A DNA stretch of 64,000 bases, taken from NCBI GenBank assembly GCA_013265495.1, contig MU058337.1, positions 5,622,716 through 5,686,715 of the forward strand, read 5' to 3'. Below the pieces are notes generated by a model. That model did not search any database and was not told where the DNA came from. It saw only the letters and a list, made by a program, of their open reading frames with translations. The position numbers and the translations under genes were made by a program. Source of the stretch: Vicugna vicugna. Lineage: Eukaryota. Shown here in pieces: positions 39,591 through 52,402 of this stretch. How positions within the stretch are numbered: position 1 is the stretch's first letter; every line of letters starts with the position of its first letter.

Positions 39591-40949
39591 TTTATTGTAA
39601 TTGCAGTGATGGAAAGAGAATGGATATTGACAGATGAGGGTGGGAAGAAAATTGGAGGGAATCTGAATGTGACCTCAGTGATCTTGAGCACAGTATGCAA
39701 CCTCCGTGAGCTTTGTTTTATTGTGTGACGTGAGGCTAATCCTTGCCATCATATCTTCTTCACAGTATTATTTTAAAGATCGTATTGACTGCATCAAAGT
39801 GCTGTATGATTACCAGATGGTGTAATAAATAATAGAATTTAAAAGTATTCTTTAGGATTTTAGGAAGCACTCGCCTTGCAATCCTTCTTTAGAAGGCTGT
39901 CCCAATTTTTTTTCACCTTCATAGACCTCAGACAATGATATGGATGAGGAAAAAAATGATGGACGGGAAATTTTAAAGCATATAGGAGTAAACTAACCAG
40001 ACAGACACTGTTCTGGGGGTTCTAAGATGGGCCCCAACTACCCAACATAGAAGACAAATCCAGAGTTGCAGTGCACAAGGCTGCTGGAAGCCATCAGCTC
40101 AGCACACTGTTACAGCTGAAATGCTCAAGAGAATGTTTAACACGATCAGGATCAGAACTGCACAGAAAACAGAACCTATCATACTAACGCAGCCAACCCA
40201 GTAACGATGTCTCCCACCTCATAAGAGATAAAATGGGGGCAGGGGGAAGCAGAAGAAGGCAAGTAAGGTAATAACAGGAAGAGAGCAACATCTGAGGCCA
40301 AAAGAGATTCATTCAGGAAGATGAACTGGCTGGAAGTCTCTGACACACAGCCCTGCCCACCTGCAGGCCTGGCTCCAGCTGCAGGAGAGGAGACGAGGCC
40401 TCACGTGGAAGAATGAACCCGCAGATGATGCATATAGTACTGACTGCTGGCTTGTGGCCCTTCAGCTGGAGCACGCTGGCCCTGGCGCCGAAGTGAGGCT
40501 GCAGCCACAGCTTCCGGGAAGCAGAGGCTGGTGTCCATGAGCCTCTCCACGTGCACCTAGATGGGGCCGCCCGTCTCCCGGAGCAGGAGGGCCTGGAGCT
40601 CGTTCGTGGACATGACAGGCAAGCAAGGAGGATTAATTAGCCCATGTCTCGAAAGCAATTTGAGCTCCTTGGAGGGAGGCTTTTTAATTACTGTATTGGC
40701 CAGGAGCAAGTGGGAAAACAGACAGGGAAATAATATCAATTTTGTCAGGAGCACAAGAGAATCATCTCCATTAAGATCATATTCTTGCCTCAAGTAATGC
40801 ATCTGTGTTTTCCCACCTTCTTATTCTAGAATCTAGGTATTGCTTGAGTAAGACATTGTTTGTCTCCATTTTTTCATGGGGTGTGCTGTACTATTTTTAT
40901 TGATACCATTTAAACATATTATTCAGTTCAATTCATTTTTTTAAATTGC

Positions 40950-41130
40950 CTTTTTTTTTGAAGTACAGTCAGTTGCAATGTGTCCCCTTTCTGGTGTACA
41001 GCATAATGTTCCAGTCACGCATATTCATACATGTATTCATTTTCATATTTTCTTCATTAAAAGTTATTACAAGATATTGAATATAGTTCCCTGTGCTATA
41101 CCGAAGAAATTTGGTTTCTTATCTATTTTT
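40950..41130 (-). mobile_element. Lineage-specific L1 3' end fragment
   Basis: Poly-T followed by 'gaagtacagtcagttgcaatg...tctggtgtacagcataatg...acaagatattgaatatagttccctgtgctata'. Confidence 0.85.
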
Positions 41131-42514
41131 AAGAGAGATGCTTCCTTTCTCTATTTTGAACTGTACATGAAATGTATAGCAAGAAAATATTTACCCTGAC
41201 TTGGTTGCAGGATTTGGTTAGAGACGTAATTTATTTGTTTGTGAATTTATTCCATCTTGAGAAGTAAACAACAGTTACTAACCACCCAGAAAAGGCACAC
41301 AACACAGTTTAAGTTTCTAGGAAATGTAGCTATACTTCAAAATTCAGATAAGAAGGCCAAACAAGGCTTTCTGGTTGTGTCACCTCTAACAGGTCCAATT
41401 TCATCTGCACAAAAAGTTGGTTTAAAGAGTTCATGTTTAAGCACCATACACAAAATATGGAAATAATCAGCATTTGGACTCATAGCAATTTGTGCATTTA
41501 ATCATTTGCATTTGGGGAGTGGGAGGTTTAACTTTGTTTCCCTTATGATTTTAGAATTAATCATTTAGGATTAGTTATTTCAACTAGTGATATGAAGGAG
41601 TTAGATTTGGTGCATTGGGAATAGAGGAAAGATTCTCCAGCCTCTACAGACTTGTGTTCTAATTTTAATGAGTTGAAAAAGAATTTCAGTTGGTGGGTCC
41701 TAGCCTGGCAGGATGGGCCTTTGGATGCATAATGCAGCATAGAGCTTCTCTAGGTCGACATACTAGACGAGGAGGGTCGAAACGACAGGGGCGCAAGGAT
41801 TCTGCACAGTGCTTGGCACAGACATGCCCCTCGTTCCTTGCAGTCTGTTAAGGCAGGGAAACAAATGTGGGCTTCTCCTACCTGCTCCTCTCCAGGGTAA
41901 ACAGCTGCTGAAAGTAGAGGCATGAAAGTGGAGTTTGGAAGAAGAAAGAAGCCCAGGGTACAGTCACTTTCTTTAGCTCACCGGTTCAAAGGCATTTTAG
42001 CTGACTCGGAACACTGGATTGGAAGATGAACTTCTTGATAATTAACTTGCAGCCAGCTGCCTCCAGGCGTCCAATGCCCTTTCCTGTGGTGTCTAGAAGG
42101 TCCTGCCTACATGTCAGTAGCCACACAACAAACTACAGATGCCTGCTTAGGGCTTATACCCCAGCAGGGATGCCCAAAGCCAGGTTAGGGCATCCTTCCA
42201 ACATCCACAAGTTCCGCTCAGTGTGCTATTTTCCCAGCACTATGCAATGCAACACAGAAATGTTTTTATCCTTAATTAGAGAAGAAGCAACCTGAGCTAG
42301 GGAATTTAAGCCATTTAACCTACCAATAAAGAGAGCTGAAATCTCCGAAGGTCAGGGATTTGGTTGCTTTTGCCTTAATTGCTTCAGTGTCAATCCTGTG
42401 AATCTTCCCAGTGCCACTATCAGGGCCTCATAGTCATTCCTCCTACCTGGCTTCCTGGGTCAAGGGCCTGTAAGACTAGATCAGAGGGTTCCCAGCTGTG
42501 GATCACCTTTTTCA

Positions 42515-44460
42515 TCTGCATTATGATTTCTTCTTTGACCCAGTGGGCTATTTAGATGTGTGGGTTATTTTCTAAATGTATGAGGATTTTTTTTCAATTT
42601 AATCTTCTTACTATTGATTTCCAACTTAATTACATAGAGGGAAGAGAGTGTAGTCTGAATAATACTAGTTCTTTGAAAGTGGTTGATAGTTGCCAAAGGC
42701 CTGCTATATGGTCAATTTTTGTAAATGTTCCACATATGCTTGCAAAGAATGCCCCTTGGAGCAGAATCCTACATTTGTTTGGTAAATCAAGTATGGTCAT
42801 TGTGTTATGCAAATCTTCTTTACCATTTTCAAATTTTGCTTGATATATCAAGAATGAGAGAGATGTACTGAGATCTTCCACGATGCTGATATATCTGTCA
42901 ATTCTTCAATTCAGTTCTATCAACTTTGCTTTATATATTTTGAGGATATTTTATTTTGTGCATTTAAATATATGCACATTTAAAATACTAAATCTTCCTA
43001 GTGAATTGAATCTTTGTCTTTAAGAAGTGACTCTCTTATTTACTAATAATGCCTTTTTTCTTAAGGTTTGTTTGATAATAATCTGGCCATCCAGCAGTCT
43101 TTTTAATTGTATTTGGCAGGAATGGATTTTTCCATCCTCTTCCAACCTTTCTGTTCTTATAAGTGTGTTTTGTGAAAACATCATAGCACTAGATTTGTTT
43201 TTTTCCATCTTACTATTTTTCTGACACTCTCTTTTAAATTGTGAGTCCAGTCTGTTTCTTGTTTTTGAGGTTAATGATATACTTGGACTTGCTTCTACCA
43301 TCTTGCTTTTTAATTTTTATTCGTCTCTCCCTTTCTGTGCCTCAGTTATTCTCCTTCCTTACCTTTCAATGGCTTTTTTTTTCTTTTTTGGTCTTCATTT
43401 TGAAATGACTGAAGATTTTTGTTTGTTTTGTACTACTTTCCCATTTATTCCTTTTACTAGCTTGGAAATTAAAGCATCCTCAACTTCTTCTTTTAGTGAT
43501 TCCTTTGAAATTATACTATGTACATTTAACTTAACAAAGTCTAATAATAGATTATATCTTAACCTCTTCACAAAAAAGCACAAGAACTTCAGGGCAGAAT
43601 TACATAACTACTATCCTTTCCCTAATACAGTTAACAAGCTTACGGTTGACAAGTGCTTTCATTCTGGGTCTTTTTTAAGGACAAAAACTAATCATTATTC
43701 TCTTATCGAGAAACTCTTTGTTTAAATGTATATGTTTACCACTTTATTGGCTCACCACTTCTTTTTGCCTCTCAGACTTCCCTTCTGCAATCTTTTTAAC
43801 TTGTCCTGAAATATACTTTTCAGAGGATTAATGCTAACTTGCTGGTGGTAAATCCTACCCATGTTTAGTCTGAAAATGTCCTTACTTCTCTCTCATTTTT
43901 AAAAGATAATTTTGCTAGGGACAGAATTCTAGATGACATTTATTTTCTCCCATGAAGATGTTATTCTACTATCTTCTTTATTCTGTCATGGCCATTGGGA
44001 TGTCTACTAATTGTCTTTATTAGTGATCTTTCTCTGCCAACTTTAAAGTCTTCTCTTTGGCCTTAGTATCTGAAGTTTCACTATGCTGTGTCTAGGAATG
44101 GAATCTATACATTCATCTCTTTCAACATTCTGGAAAAATTCTCAGCAATTATCTCTTCAAATATTACGTCCCTTGATTCACTCTTTCCTCTCCTTTTAGA
44201 AACTCTTAGATTTTTGACTTACTTCTCATTCTATTCTTCCTCTTATTTCTTGCCATATTTTCCATCGCCTTTCTCTGTTTGTATTCCGAGTAATTTCCTC
44301 AAACTTGGCTACAAGTAATTTTCTCTGTAGGTATGTCAAACTCACTGTTTCTTTATCCCACTGAGATTTTTCTCTTTTTTTCCAACAATTATAGTTATCA
44401 TTTTTAGAAGTTCTATTTTGTTCTTTTCTGAATCTCCTTGATCATTTCTGATGTCTCCTA
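42515..44460 (-). mobile_element. Old L1ME-type LINE-1 fragment covering the ORF1 end and the ORF2 endonuclease domain (decayed)
   Basis: Minus-strand ORF 42630-42881 contains 'KEDLHNTMTILDL...FFASICGTFTKIDHI', matching the L1 endonuclease C-terminal (S/T)KIDH region; many stops and frameshifts. Confidence 0.85.
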
Positions 44461-44477
44461 TTGTTTTCTCTGTGAGT

Positions 44478-44850
44478 GGTAAGGCTTAACATGTCCAAGG
44501 CAGATTCCCTGAAAGTTGGTCTCCTAGAAAAGGACTTGGCCGCCTGCAAGATTCTATGGAAACCAGCCACTGGCTCAGTGCTTAAGGCAATCAATTCTAG
44601 TCAGCCTCAAAGCTTGGCCTGCAGCCTTCTGACCATGCCAGGGAATGGGCTGCACTTCCTCATCCATGAACACTGAGCTGACAGACCAGCTCTGAAGCCA
44701 AAGTTCTGCCACATCGTGTTGCTGTTGTATCCCTTCCCAAAGCAAGCAGCTTAAAGCCTCCCCGCCCAAGGTCAGGGTCCTCCTTGTGATGTCTGGCTCT
44801 GTGCTACCCTCAAGCTGTGCATTTTATCCAGTAAACACTGCTCCAATGAG
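44478..44850 (+). mobile_element. Probable ERV LTR (family uncertain)
   Basis: Abrupt compositional break from the L1; TATA-like 'cttaaagc' and polyA-like 'agtaaa' in LTR-like order. Confidence 0.4.
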
Positions 44851-45416
44851 TCAATGCCAGGTCTTTAGGCCAGCTGCCCTCCAGCTGCTGACCCTCAGTT
44901 TGGTACTCACTCATAGATCAAGATGCTGCTGTTGGCATTTGCTCCCCAGGTAACCCTTTCCTTCCACTTACTACTCAGGGTCAATCACAGTCTCCTCCTT
45001 TGAGGAAAGCAGAAAGGGAAAATCCCCTCCATCCTTCAAGCTAAACAATTCATCAAAAAGTAGGTTTTATTTAGAATTTAGGGGTTTTTTTTTTTCCCTC
45101 AGTAGGAAGGGGCCTTCTAGAATAGCTCAGCCTCATACTGACAGAACAGAAGTCTAGGGAACACCTTAAAATTCATTTTAATTATGAGGCCTAAAATGCA
45201 ATGGTGGTCCCGATATGGCACCCATCAGCTCTTAGGTCTCTACTTAGCATGCCTACCTTGTCCCAAACATAGACTCTCACTTTACAGCAAAACCAAAGGC
45301 AGGGGTTGGTTTCAACCTCCTTCCCTCCATCTCTGAGTTCTCCAACCATTTCTTACAATTTCTCAGGAGCTTGTGACAATGCTTGGAAAATGCTAGGATC
45401 TACAATATTGTTGGAG

Positions 45417-45600
45417 GCAGTTGTTTTCAACCTTGTCTATGGGTTAGAATCAAAGGGGAGCTCTTAAATATTCCAGAGCCCAGGTAGCGTCCCAGATCAA
45501 TTACATCAGGATCTGTGGGTAGGGGCCCCAAGCATCAGCATTTGAATGCAAAGATAAATAATCCACAACGTTGGTCCTGGATGAGCTCTGGTCGACCAGA
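45417..45600. mobile_element. MER5A-like hAT MITE
   Basis: 'cagttgttttcaaccttg', 'ttagaatca...ggggagctc', 'cccagatcaattacatcagga'. Confidence 0.7.
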
Positions 45601-45659
45601 GGAGGGAACTGATAAGCAGACTAGCAAAGCACAATGTGACCTCGGCCAGGTGACAGAGC

Positions 45660-46233
45660 CAAAGGAGATCAGAAAATGCCATCCGAAAATATGCCACTTT
45701 GGCATATGGATTATTTTAAGCTGAAGTCATTTGAGAGTAAATAGATGCAGAAAGAAGCCTTCTCAGAACTTCCCTTATCTGACTAAAAGCAGAAGTTTCT
45801 GAGAAATGAGACTACCGTAGATCCCTCCCAGGGGAGCTTCGCCGCCTGGAAGAAGACGGAAAGTCAGCACAGAGATAAGTCTGCATGAACAAGCCTTACT
45901 AAAATAACCCTTGTCCTCCATTAGTTTCCCCACATGTTTACCTTCCCACAATTTACTATCCCTAGAAGCCCAAACCCCCTATCATTTGTGCAGTCATTTC
46001 TCCACAATTTATTGCCCTTTGTTAAAATGGTATATAAGCTTCTGAGTCTAACCACTTCGGGTTTTTTTTTTCCACTCCTTTCCTGTGAAGCCCCTGTGCC
46101 TATAAAAATATTAACATCTATTTAAAAAGCATATGTTTTTTCTCCTGTGAATCTGTCTTTTGTCAATTTCATTCACAGGCCCTCAGTCACTGAATGTGAG
46201 AGAGTGGGAGAAATGGTTTTTTCCTCCCCTACA
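45660..46233 (+). mobile_element. ERV1 solo LTR, MER34-like
   Basis: Perfect 4-bp TSD gagc (45656-45659 / 46234-46237); 'atgccatccgaaaatatgccactttggcatatggattattt'; TATA 'tatataag'; end 'cctcccctaca'. Confidence 0.85.
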
Positions 46234-46289
46234 GAGCTGTGTATATCTATTAGGAGCAAAAAAAAAAAAAGTAGTGATTAACTCTATGA

Positions 46290-46625
46290 AGGGACAAGGG
46301 GAGAAAGGTCAGAGACAGTTTCACAGAGGAGAGAAGGGATGTCTCTGCTGTGGCTTGAAGATAAAACAGGAGTTTGCCAAGTGGGAAGAATTCCAGGCAG
46401 AGGGCACAGCAGGTGCAAAGTACAGAGGTGTGAGAGAACAGAATGACTTCAGGAAGCATCAAGCATTTCAATATGGCTAGAGAATGTGGTAAATATTGGA
46501 AAGCCCCTTGGAAAGATATGAAAGTCATGAGCAAAGAACTCAGACTTTATTCAGGAGGCAATGGAGAAATACAGGTGGATCATAAACAGTAATTGATTTG
46601 ATTGCATTTGCATTTTAGGAAGATG
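46290..46625 (-). mobile_element. LINE-2 fragment
   Basis: 'attccaggcagagggcacagcaggtgcaaag', 'gactttattcaggaggcaatggaga', 'tttgcattttaggaagat'. Confidence 0.7.
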
Positions 46626-46683
46626 TAAGGAAACAATGCTGATGCTACAGTCCTTGTTCTCAAGAGGTTGAACTCTCATTTTT

Positions 46684-47142
46684 TTTAATTGAAGCATAGT
46701 CAGTTTACAATGTTGTGTCAGTTTCTGGTGTACAGCATAATAGTTCAGTCATACATGTACATACATATATTCATTTTCATATTATTTTTCATTATTGTTT
46801 ACAAGATATTAAATACAGTTCCCTGTGCTATACAGTATGATCTTGTTGTTCATTTATTTTACATACAGTAATTAGTATCTTCAGATCTCAAACTCCCAGT
46901 TTATCCCTTCCCACCCTTTTCACCCCTTGGTAACCATAAGTTTATTTTCTATGTCTGTGAGTCTGTTTCTGTTTTGTAAACAAGTTCACTTGTCTTTTTT
47001 TAGATTCCACATATAAGTGATATCATATGGTATTTTTCTTTCTCTTTCTGGCTTACTTCTCTTAGAATGACAGTCTCCAGACCCATCCATGTTGCTGCAA
47101 ATGGCATTATTTTATTATTTTTAATGGCTCAGTAGTATTCCA
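46684..47142 (-). mobile_element. Artiodactyl-type L1 3'UTR, 5'-truncated
   Basis: Degenerate 16-bp TSD ttgaactctcattttt (46668-46683) / ttgaattatcattttt (47143-47158); 'ttagattccacatataagtgatatcatatggtatt'. Confidence 0.9.
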
Positions 47143-49297
47143 TTGAATTATCATTTTTGAATATGGTTTTCACACTGGAGACTGCAGGGTCAGGCCACAC
47201 TTTTCTAGGTGAGGGGTCCAGTTGCCCTGCAGGGAGTGGAGTCTGAGTATCAGCCCTCTTGAGAAGACCAAGATTCTAGGGCAGGAATTGAGGACATAGA
47301 GGTTTATTGTGAGATCAGAGGAAAAGGAGATCCCTAGGCATGCTTGGAGAACTTCTTGCTTGAAGAGGAACACGGTCTCTGCCCTAGTTCAGGAGCACAG
47401 AATCCAACAAGAACCACTACAGTTCTCACGAGGTCACTGAGCCATCTCCAGTAACAAGTACAAAACAGCTCCTTGTATTGTCATCTCCCATATTCTCATA
47501 AAGAGAAAAGGTTTTCTAAGTGCTGACATGTCAGTCATGGTCTCAGCTGTGTGATGGAAAATCAAACAAAGGGTCCATGTCCCAAAGCAGCAGTGGGAAA
47601 GTGAGCTGCAAACAGAGCAGAGGTAGCTGTGATGACTGACGTCATCCCCCAGGAGAGGGGTAGTATGATACCCAGATAACACTCCCCTCTTCCCCAAGAA
47701 CCTCCACCACCACCCACTAGGTTAACTCAGGTGTCAGCTTAGTAAGAGAGCCTAGGGGTCTTCAAATTGTGAACCGTGGACCACAGGGACAAGCCTGGAG
47801 TCAGGAAAATCCACACCCAGTTAAGAAATGATGGCTTAAGACAGTGGGCATGGAGAGGAAGAAGGAGAGACACGTGGGAGGTAGACTCGACAGGGCGTAA
47901 TGAGAAGGGCCAGATGCTAGGCTCAGAGGGAGAGTGATGATCCTGCAAACTAGGACAAAGAGAGCATGCCTGGGAAGCAGCAGGGAAATCTCCTGAAGAG
48001 AATGGAAGGAAATGATTGACAGAAACCAGGACGCAGCCTTTCCTGGTCCACAGGACTAAACTTAAAGAAGTGAGGGGGTGCAGACTTGGCAGGAAATACA
48101 GAAGACTCCTCTGAATGATGAGGACAAAAGTCATGCCCAGCTTCATGTCTGCCAGGGGCCAGCCTGCTGCTGAATACATGTTTAAGGGGCAAACAGGGGA
48201 AAAGAGGACTTTATGTTATCAGCTAATGAAACATACCAGTCTGCAGTGAGCCTGCTGCATGTTAAGAGCCAGGATTCAACCCAAATCAGTCTTGCTCCAA
48301 ATCTGGTCTTCTTTCCACCATCAAGAGCACACTGGAGGGAGGAGGTGGCGGGGATTCAGTTTGGTTTTTGTTGTTTTTCCAGCTGGCTTTTGTTTATTAG
48401 AGATTATCTCAATTTTGTTTAATCGGCACTGTTCTCATGAGGGCCACATGCCACGTGGCCGACAAGGCGCACTTGTAAGGAAATTGAAGCTCGCAGCTAA
48501 GCAGGGTATAAACTTGCAATCACACCCTCGCCTGTCCTGTTCCAAATATGTGTTCTTTCACCCCTTTCCTCTCCAGGGGAGTTGCCCCCAGTGTCATGTT
48601 TCCTCCTCTTTACAGCAGATCTCCCACCAGTAGCTCAGTCTTCCTGACGGCCTCGGCCGCGGCGGGTGGAATAAGCAGCAGCTGCTCCTGCACTCTGCAA
48701 GCCAAGCCTGAGGCTGAGGCTTGAGGACAAGGGAGAGGAAAACGGAGCAGACCTCTCAGTAAACATCAGGCTCTGGCCTCCGCAGGGCAAGTTTAGCGCC
48801 CCGTCCTCTTAACAGAACAACCTCACCCGTATCCTGTGTCCCGGTAGCAGGGCTCTAAGTGGTCTCCTCGTCACACCGATCCTAGAAGCACGTGCCGTTA
48901 GCATCCCCAGTTCACAAAGGAGGAGACGGAGGCAGGTAGAAGTTCACCCTGGCTCCAGCACCCGTGTTTATGACTGTCTTCTGATGCCCCACCCAGGCTG
49001 TCAATAGCTAGCCAGCTCCCCAAGGGCTGATGACATACTTTTTAAAAGTTCAGCAGAGGAAGAGTGTAGTCGTCATTCATGCTGCTCACCAAATAGTTCC
49101 AATTCTCCCAGCTCCCTTAGAAACCAGGCAAGACCACGTGACTCGAGGGGTCCAATGAAACAAGGGCAGTGGCTTCTTGCATCATTTCCAAGGGACGGGT
49201 TAAAGGGCCTGTGCCCATGTCCCCACACCTCATCTTCCCACCATGGTGGCCTTGGAAACACACGTTGAGATAGATCGGGTCTCCGGGTAGCCCAACC

Positions 49298-49412
49298 ATG
49301 TGAATGGACTTAATGCCACTGAACGGTACACTTCAAAATGGTTAAAATGATACATTTCATCTTACGTGTATTTTGCCACAATTAAAAAAAAACAAATAAA
49401 CAAAAAAAAAAA
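49298..49412 (+). mobile_element. L1MB 3' terminal fragment with A-rich tail
   Basis: 'tgtgaatggacttaatgccactgaacggtacacttcaaaatggttaaaatg' followed by poly-A. Confidence 0.8.
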
Positions 49413-50249
49413 AGTCCCTGTGTGGCTTCAATAAACAAAGTTCCCTGGACGATCAGCATAAGCTAGAAATGAACTTCTGTTTGTTAAGCCAGTGAGATTT
49501 GGGGATTGCTTGCAATCTTGCTGCATTTTATTGAACACAGAGTAGACTAAGCTTCTGTAATTAATTCCTCTTGAACTCTGCTACTTAACCACAGTTAAAA
49601 CTCTTACTGTTTAACTCTGCTATTGATTACAGTTATTAGAAATAATGTACTTGAGAATGAGAATATTGGTTTTTTATTTCCTTTCTTTCCGATAGCATTT
49701 TTGTTAGATTTTTAAAGCACTTCAATAATAAAAAGCAAAGGTGAAACGCTACCCTAACATCAAGGTTTAAACCTACATTGCAACCTCATGTTTACAAACT
49801 ATTTTACTTGCAGTTGCAACGTGCCCCACTAAATACCCCTGAGCTAGGAATCATTCCTTCTTATGCCCATCCAAGAGCTGAGAACGCTGAGGTCCAAAGA
49901 GACCAGGGAGTGACAGAAGTACAACTAGAATCCAATTTCAAGGGGCCAAGAGCTCCCTTCTCTGCGCCTCGCTACTAAGAAGCACTGCAGACTATGTTTT
50001 CATCTCCTTTCTAAACGCCAGTGCCCTATAGTTAAGACAATATAACCGGCGTAAGAACTAAAGGTGCTTTAATCCAAATTATAGCAATATATTGCGAAGT
50101 TTAGCACAGCATTACAAATAGCTCACTGAACCAAGGTAGTGTGTTTGCAGGATAAGCAAGCAGATTTTCTGCCTAGTACAGCGTGCAGCAGGCAACAGCA
50201 GGTGCTGAAAGAAAGGATGAGGTGGGGAGTAGGGGAGCCTCATTTAGGA

Positions 50250-51260
50250 ACAAGTAGTAGCCCCTAAGGAAATTGCATTTTGGCCCTATCATCATCCTTC
50301 TGAGAAAATGCCCCTCGAGGTTTTCCATTTGAATCTGGGCATATTTATGAAGATCAAAGTGATGGCTTTTTAAAATTAATTACATGAATTTGTAGCTCAA
50401 CAACGTTGAGTGAAAGGCGGGTGTTGGACCCCATGCCTTGTCACAGCTGTACATCACACACATCAAAAGCCCAGGACGCTAGTGAGAGCACGTTCCCTGC
50501 TACATCAAGCCCCAAGCAGCCGGGACAGACGTGGAAAGAGTGCACAAGATCAGTCCCCAAAGTTGTTGTGACAGCTTAATTGTATTACAGTGCTTGGATA
50601 ATTCCCTTTTATTTGGCTTTTTCCTCCAAGCGAATGCTGGCCCCCCAAGCATAGCTATTACCAGGAGAATTAAGATTCACAACTTTGATGGTTCCCCTTG
50701 CTCCCTCTAATACCAGCCCTGCTCAAAAGTCCTGGTAATTGTTCCACGGCGATCAGACTTTCCCCTAGCCTTCGGCATGCTGAGATCCAACAGCAGCTAA
50801 CTAATTGCAATTAAAATCTGCCACGTGAGTGGAAGAGAATAACATAAATTAATCAGTACATTAGCGGAATTACATTTAAATGTTCAAATGTGCATTCAAC
50901 ATAGTGGGACATTTTAAATTATAAAGCAAAGTACTTCATTATGGATGCTGATATTTTAATGAGGAAATGTGATGTTTGGTTAAATAGGAGGACAATATAG
51001 AGACTTCCTTAAAATTAGCATCAATGATGCATTTTTAATTCAAAAAACAAGTTGTGGTCTGTGTAATTCCTGCATATCAATGTGGAAAAATTGCCTGGAG
51101 CTGTGGAAACAGTTGAACATCTCATTCTCTGAAGAATTAATAATTTCAGCTGTACTAACTAGCTCTTTATGTAAATTGTCAGATAAATCACAGCAATAAA
51201 TACAGGTTTTAGAAGAACAGAACAGTATGCTTATCCTTAATTTATTCAATCATCAATTCA
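50250..51260. promoter_or_regulatory. Candidate conserved non-coding element / enhancer
   Basis: No recognisable repeat; TCF/LEF AGATCAAAG 50351, palindrome TAATTGCAATTA 50802, E-box CACGTG 50822, many TAAT cores. Confidence 0.4.
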
Positions 51261-51432
51261 TGTACACTGAAGCTAAAGGATATGAAAGATTAAACTTTCC
51301 AGGCAGGAAAAAAAAAAAAGAAAGAAAGAAAGGGGAAGAGGAGAAAATGCCTTTGATAGCCACATAGGAGACTCCAGAATAAAGGTCCCATCCAATTTTA
51401 CAAAACTCTTGCATATTAAAAAATCACTCTAT

Positions 51433-51462
51433 GTGCTCGCTTCGGCAGCACACATACTAAAA
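51433..51462 (+). pseudogene. RNU6: 3'-truncated U6 snRNA retropseudogene (U6 nt 1-30)
   Basis: GTGCTCGCTTCGGCAGCACACATACTAAAA matches the U6 5' end at 29/30; 14-bp TSD AAAAATCACTCTAT (51419-51432 / 51459-51472). Confidence 0.95.
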
Positions 51463-52402
51463 ATCACTCTATGATGCATGTAAATACAAAAGATGAGTTA
51501 CAATTTTATTGTTTGTCTTCAAGTACACGGTCAAAGCTTAGTGATCAACATATACCCTGGAGTTTTGAAAGACTTCCTTCCAAAATCATTCTCTTATTTA
51601 ATTGCATGAAACATAGGCAATACACATACATTTAAAGCACTGTGTCAGGTAGTCTTTATAATTTGTATTATCACTTAAGCTTATGATGTTGGAGGCACAA
51701 ATCCAAAGACAGATGACAGAAGCCAACCACACTTGGTTTGCTATTCCTGTCACTGGTTAGAGATGGGGCAAGCCCAAGAGAGGATTTCGTCTTCCTCTGG
51801 GCTCTCCTCTGACTTTATTGCTGTGCGATGAATTCTTGCCAGTTTCTGTGATATAGCAAACCCTGGGCAGAGCGGGTTTTAACAACAAAGAATACAGTCA
51901 GGATTGCCACATTTATTGTACATATGAAATACAGTTTCTCAATATTTACAATTTTTACAATTCTCAAGCAAATGCAGACCAGAAGTGGACATTGTCAATA
52001 AGCAATGCCAAACACAGTCCAAGTGAAAAGACAAAAAAAAAAAAATCCTGTCTTCCATGATATCCATTCTCATCACTGGAATCACTGCTCACTCCCCAAC
52101 ATGATTCTCTGTTAAAAATTATCTTATTAAGCACTTTTCTCCTCTTTAGCCAAGAGCAGAAGGGCCTCGTCAGCCCCTTCCTTGGATTCCAGGAGAGTTT
52201 TTCTCTTTCCAAAGCAATCTTACTCCCTAAACAAAAGCCGTTCCTGACTATAATCACTCCTGTGGTTGACTTTCCTTATGAAAATGTTGTCATTTTGCCC
52301 CAGCTGATGAGAAGCCACCGTCTCCCAGGTAAGTCAGAGCATGACTTGGCAACCTGGCATTTATAAAGATACCAGCTCTCTTAGAAGCACAACCACTGAC
52401 AA

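Noticed and set aside
41750..41800. CpG-rich 'ctagacgag...gtcgaaacgac' resembling a hammerhead ribozyme core
   Set aside because: The core is CTAGACGA rather than CTGANGA, and stems II and III cannot be formed; only a 4-bp GTCG/CGAC hairpin exists.
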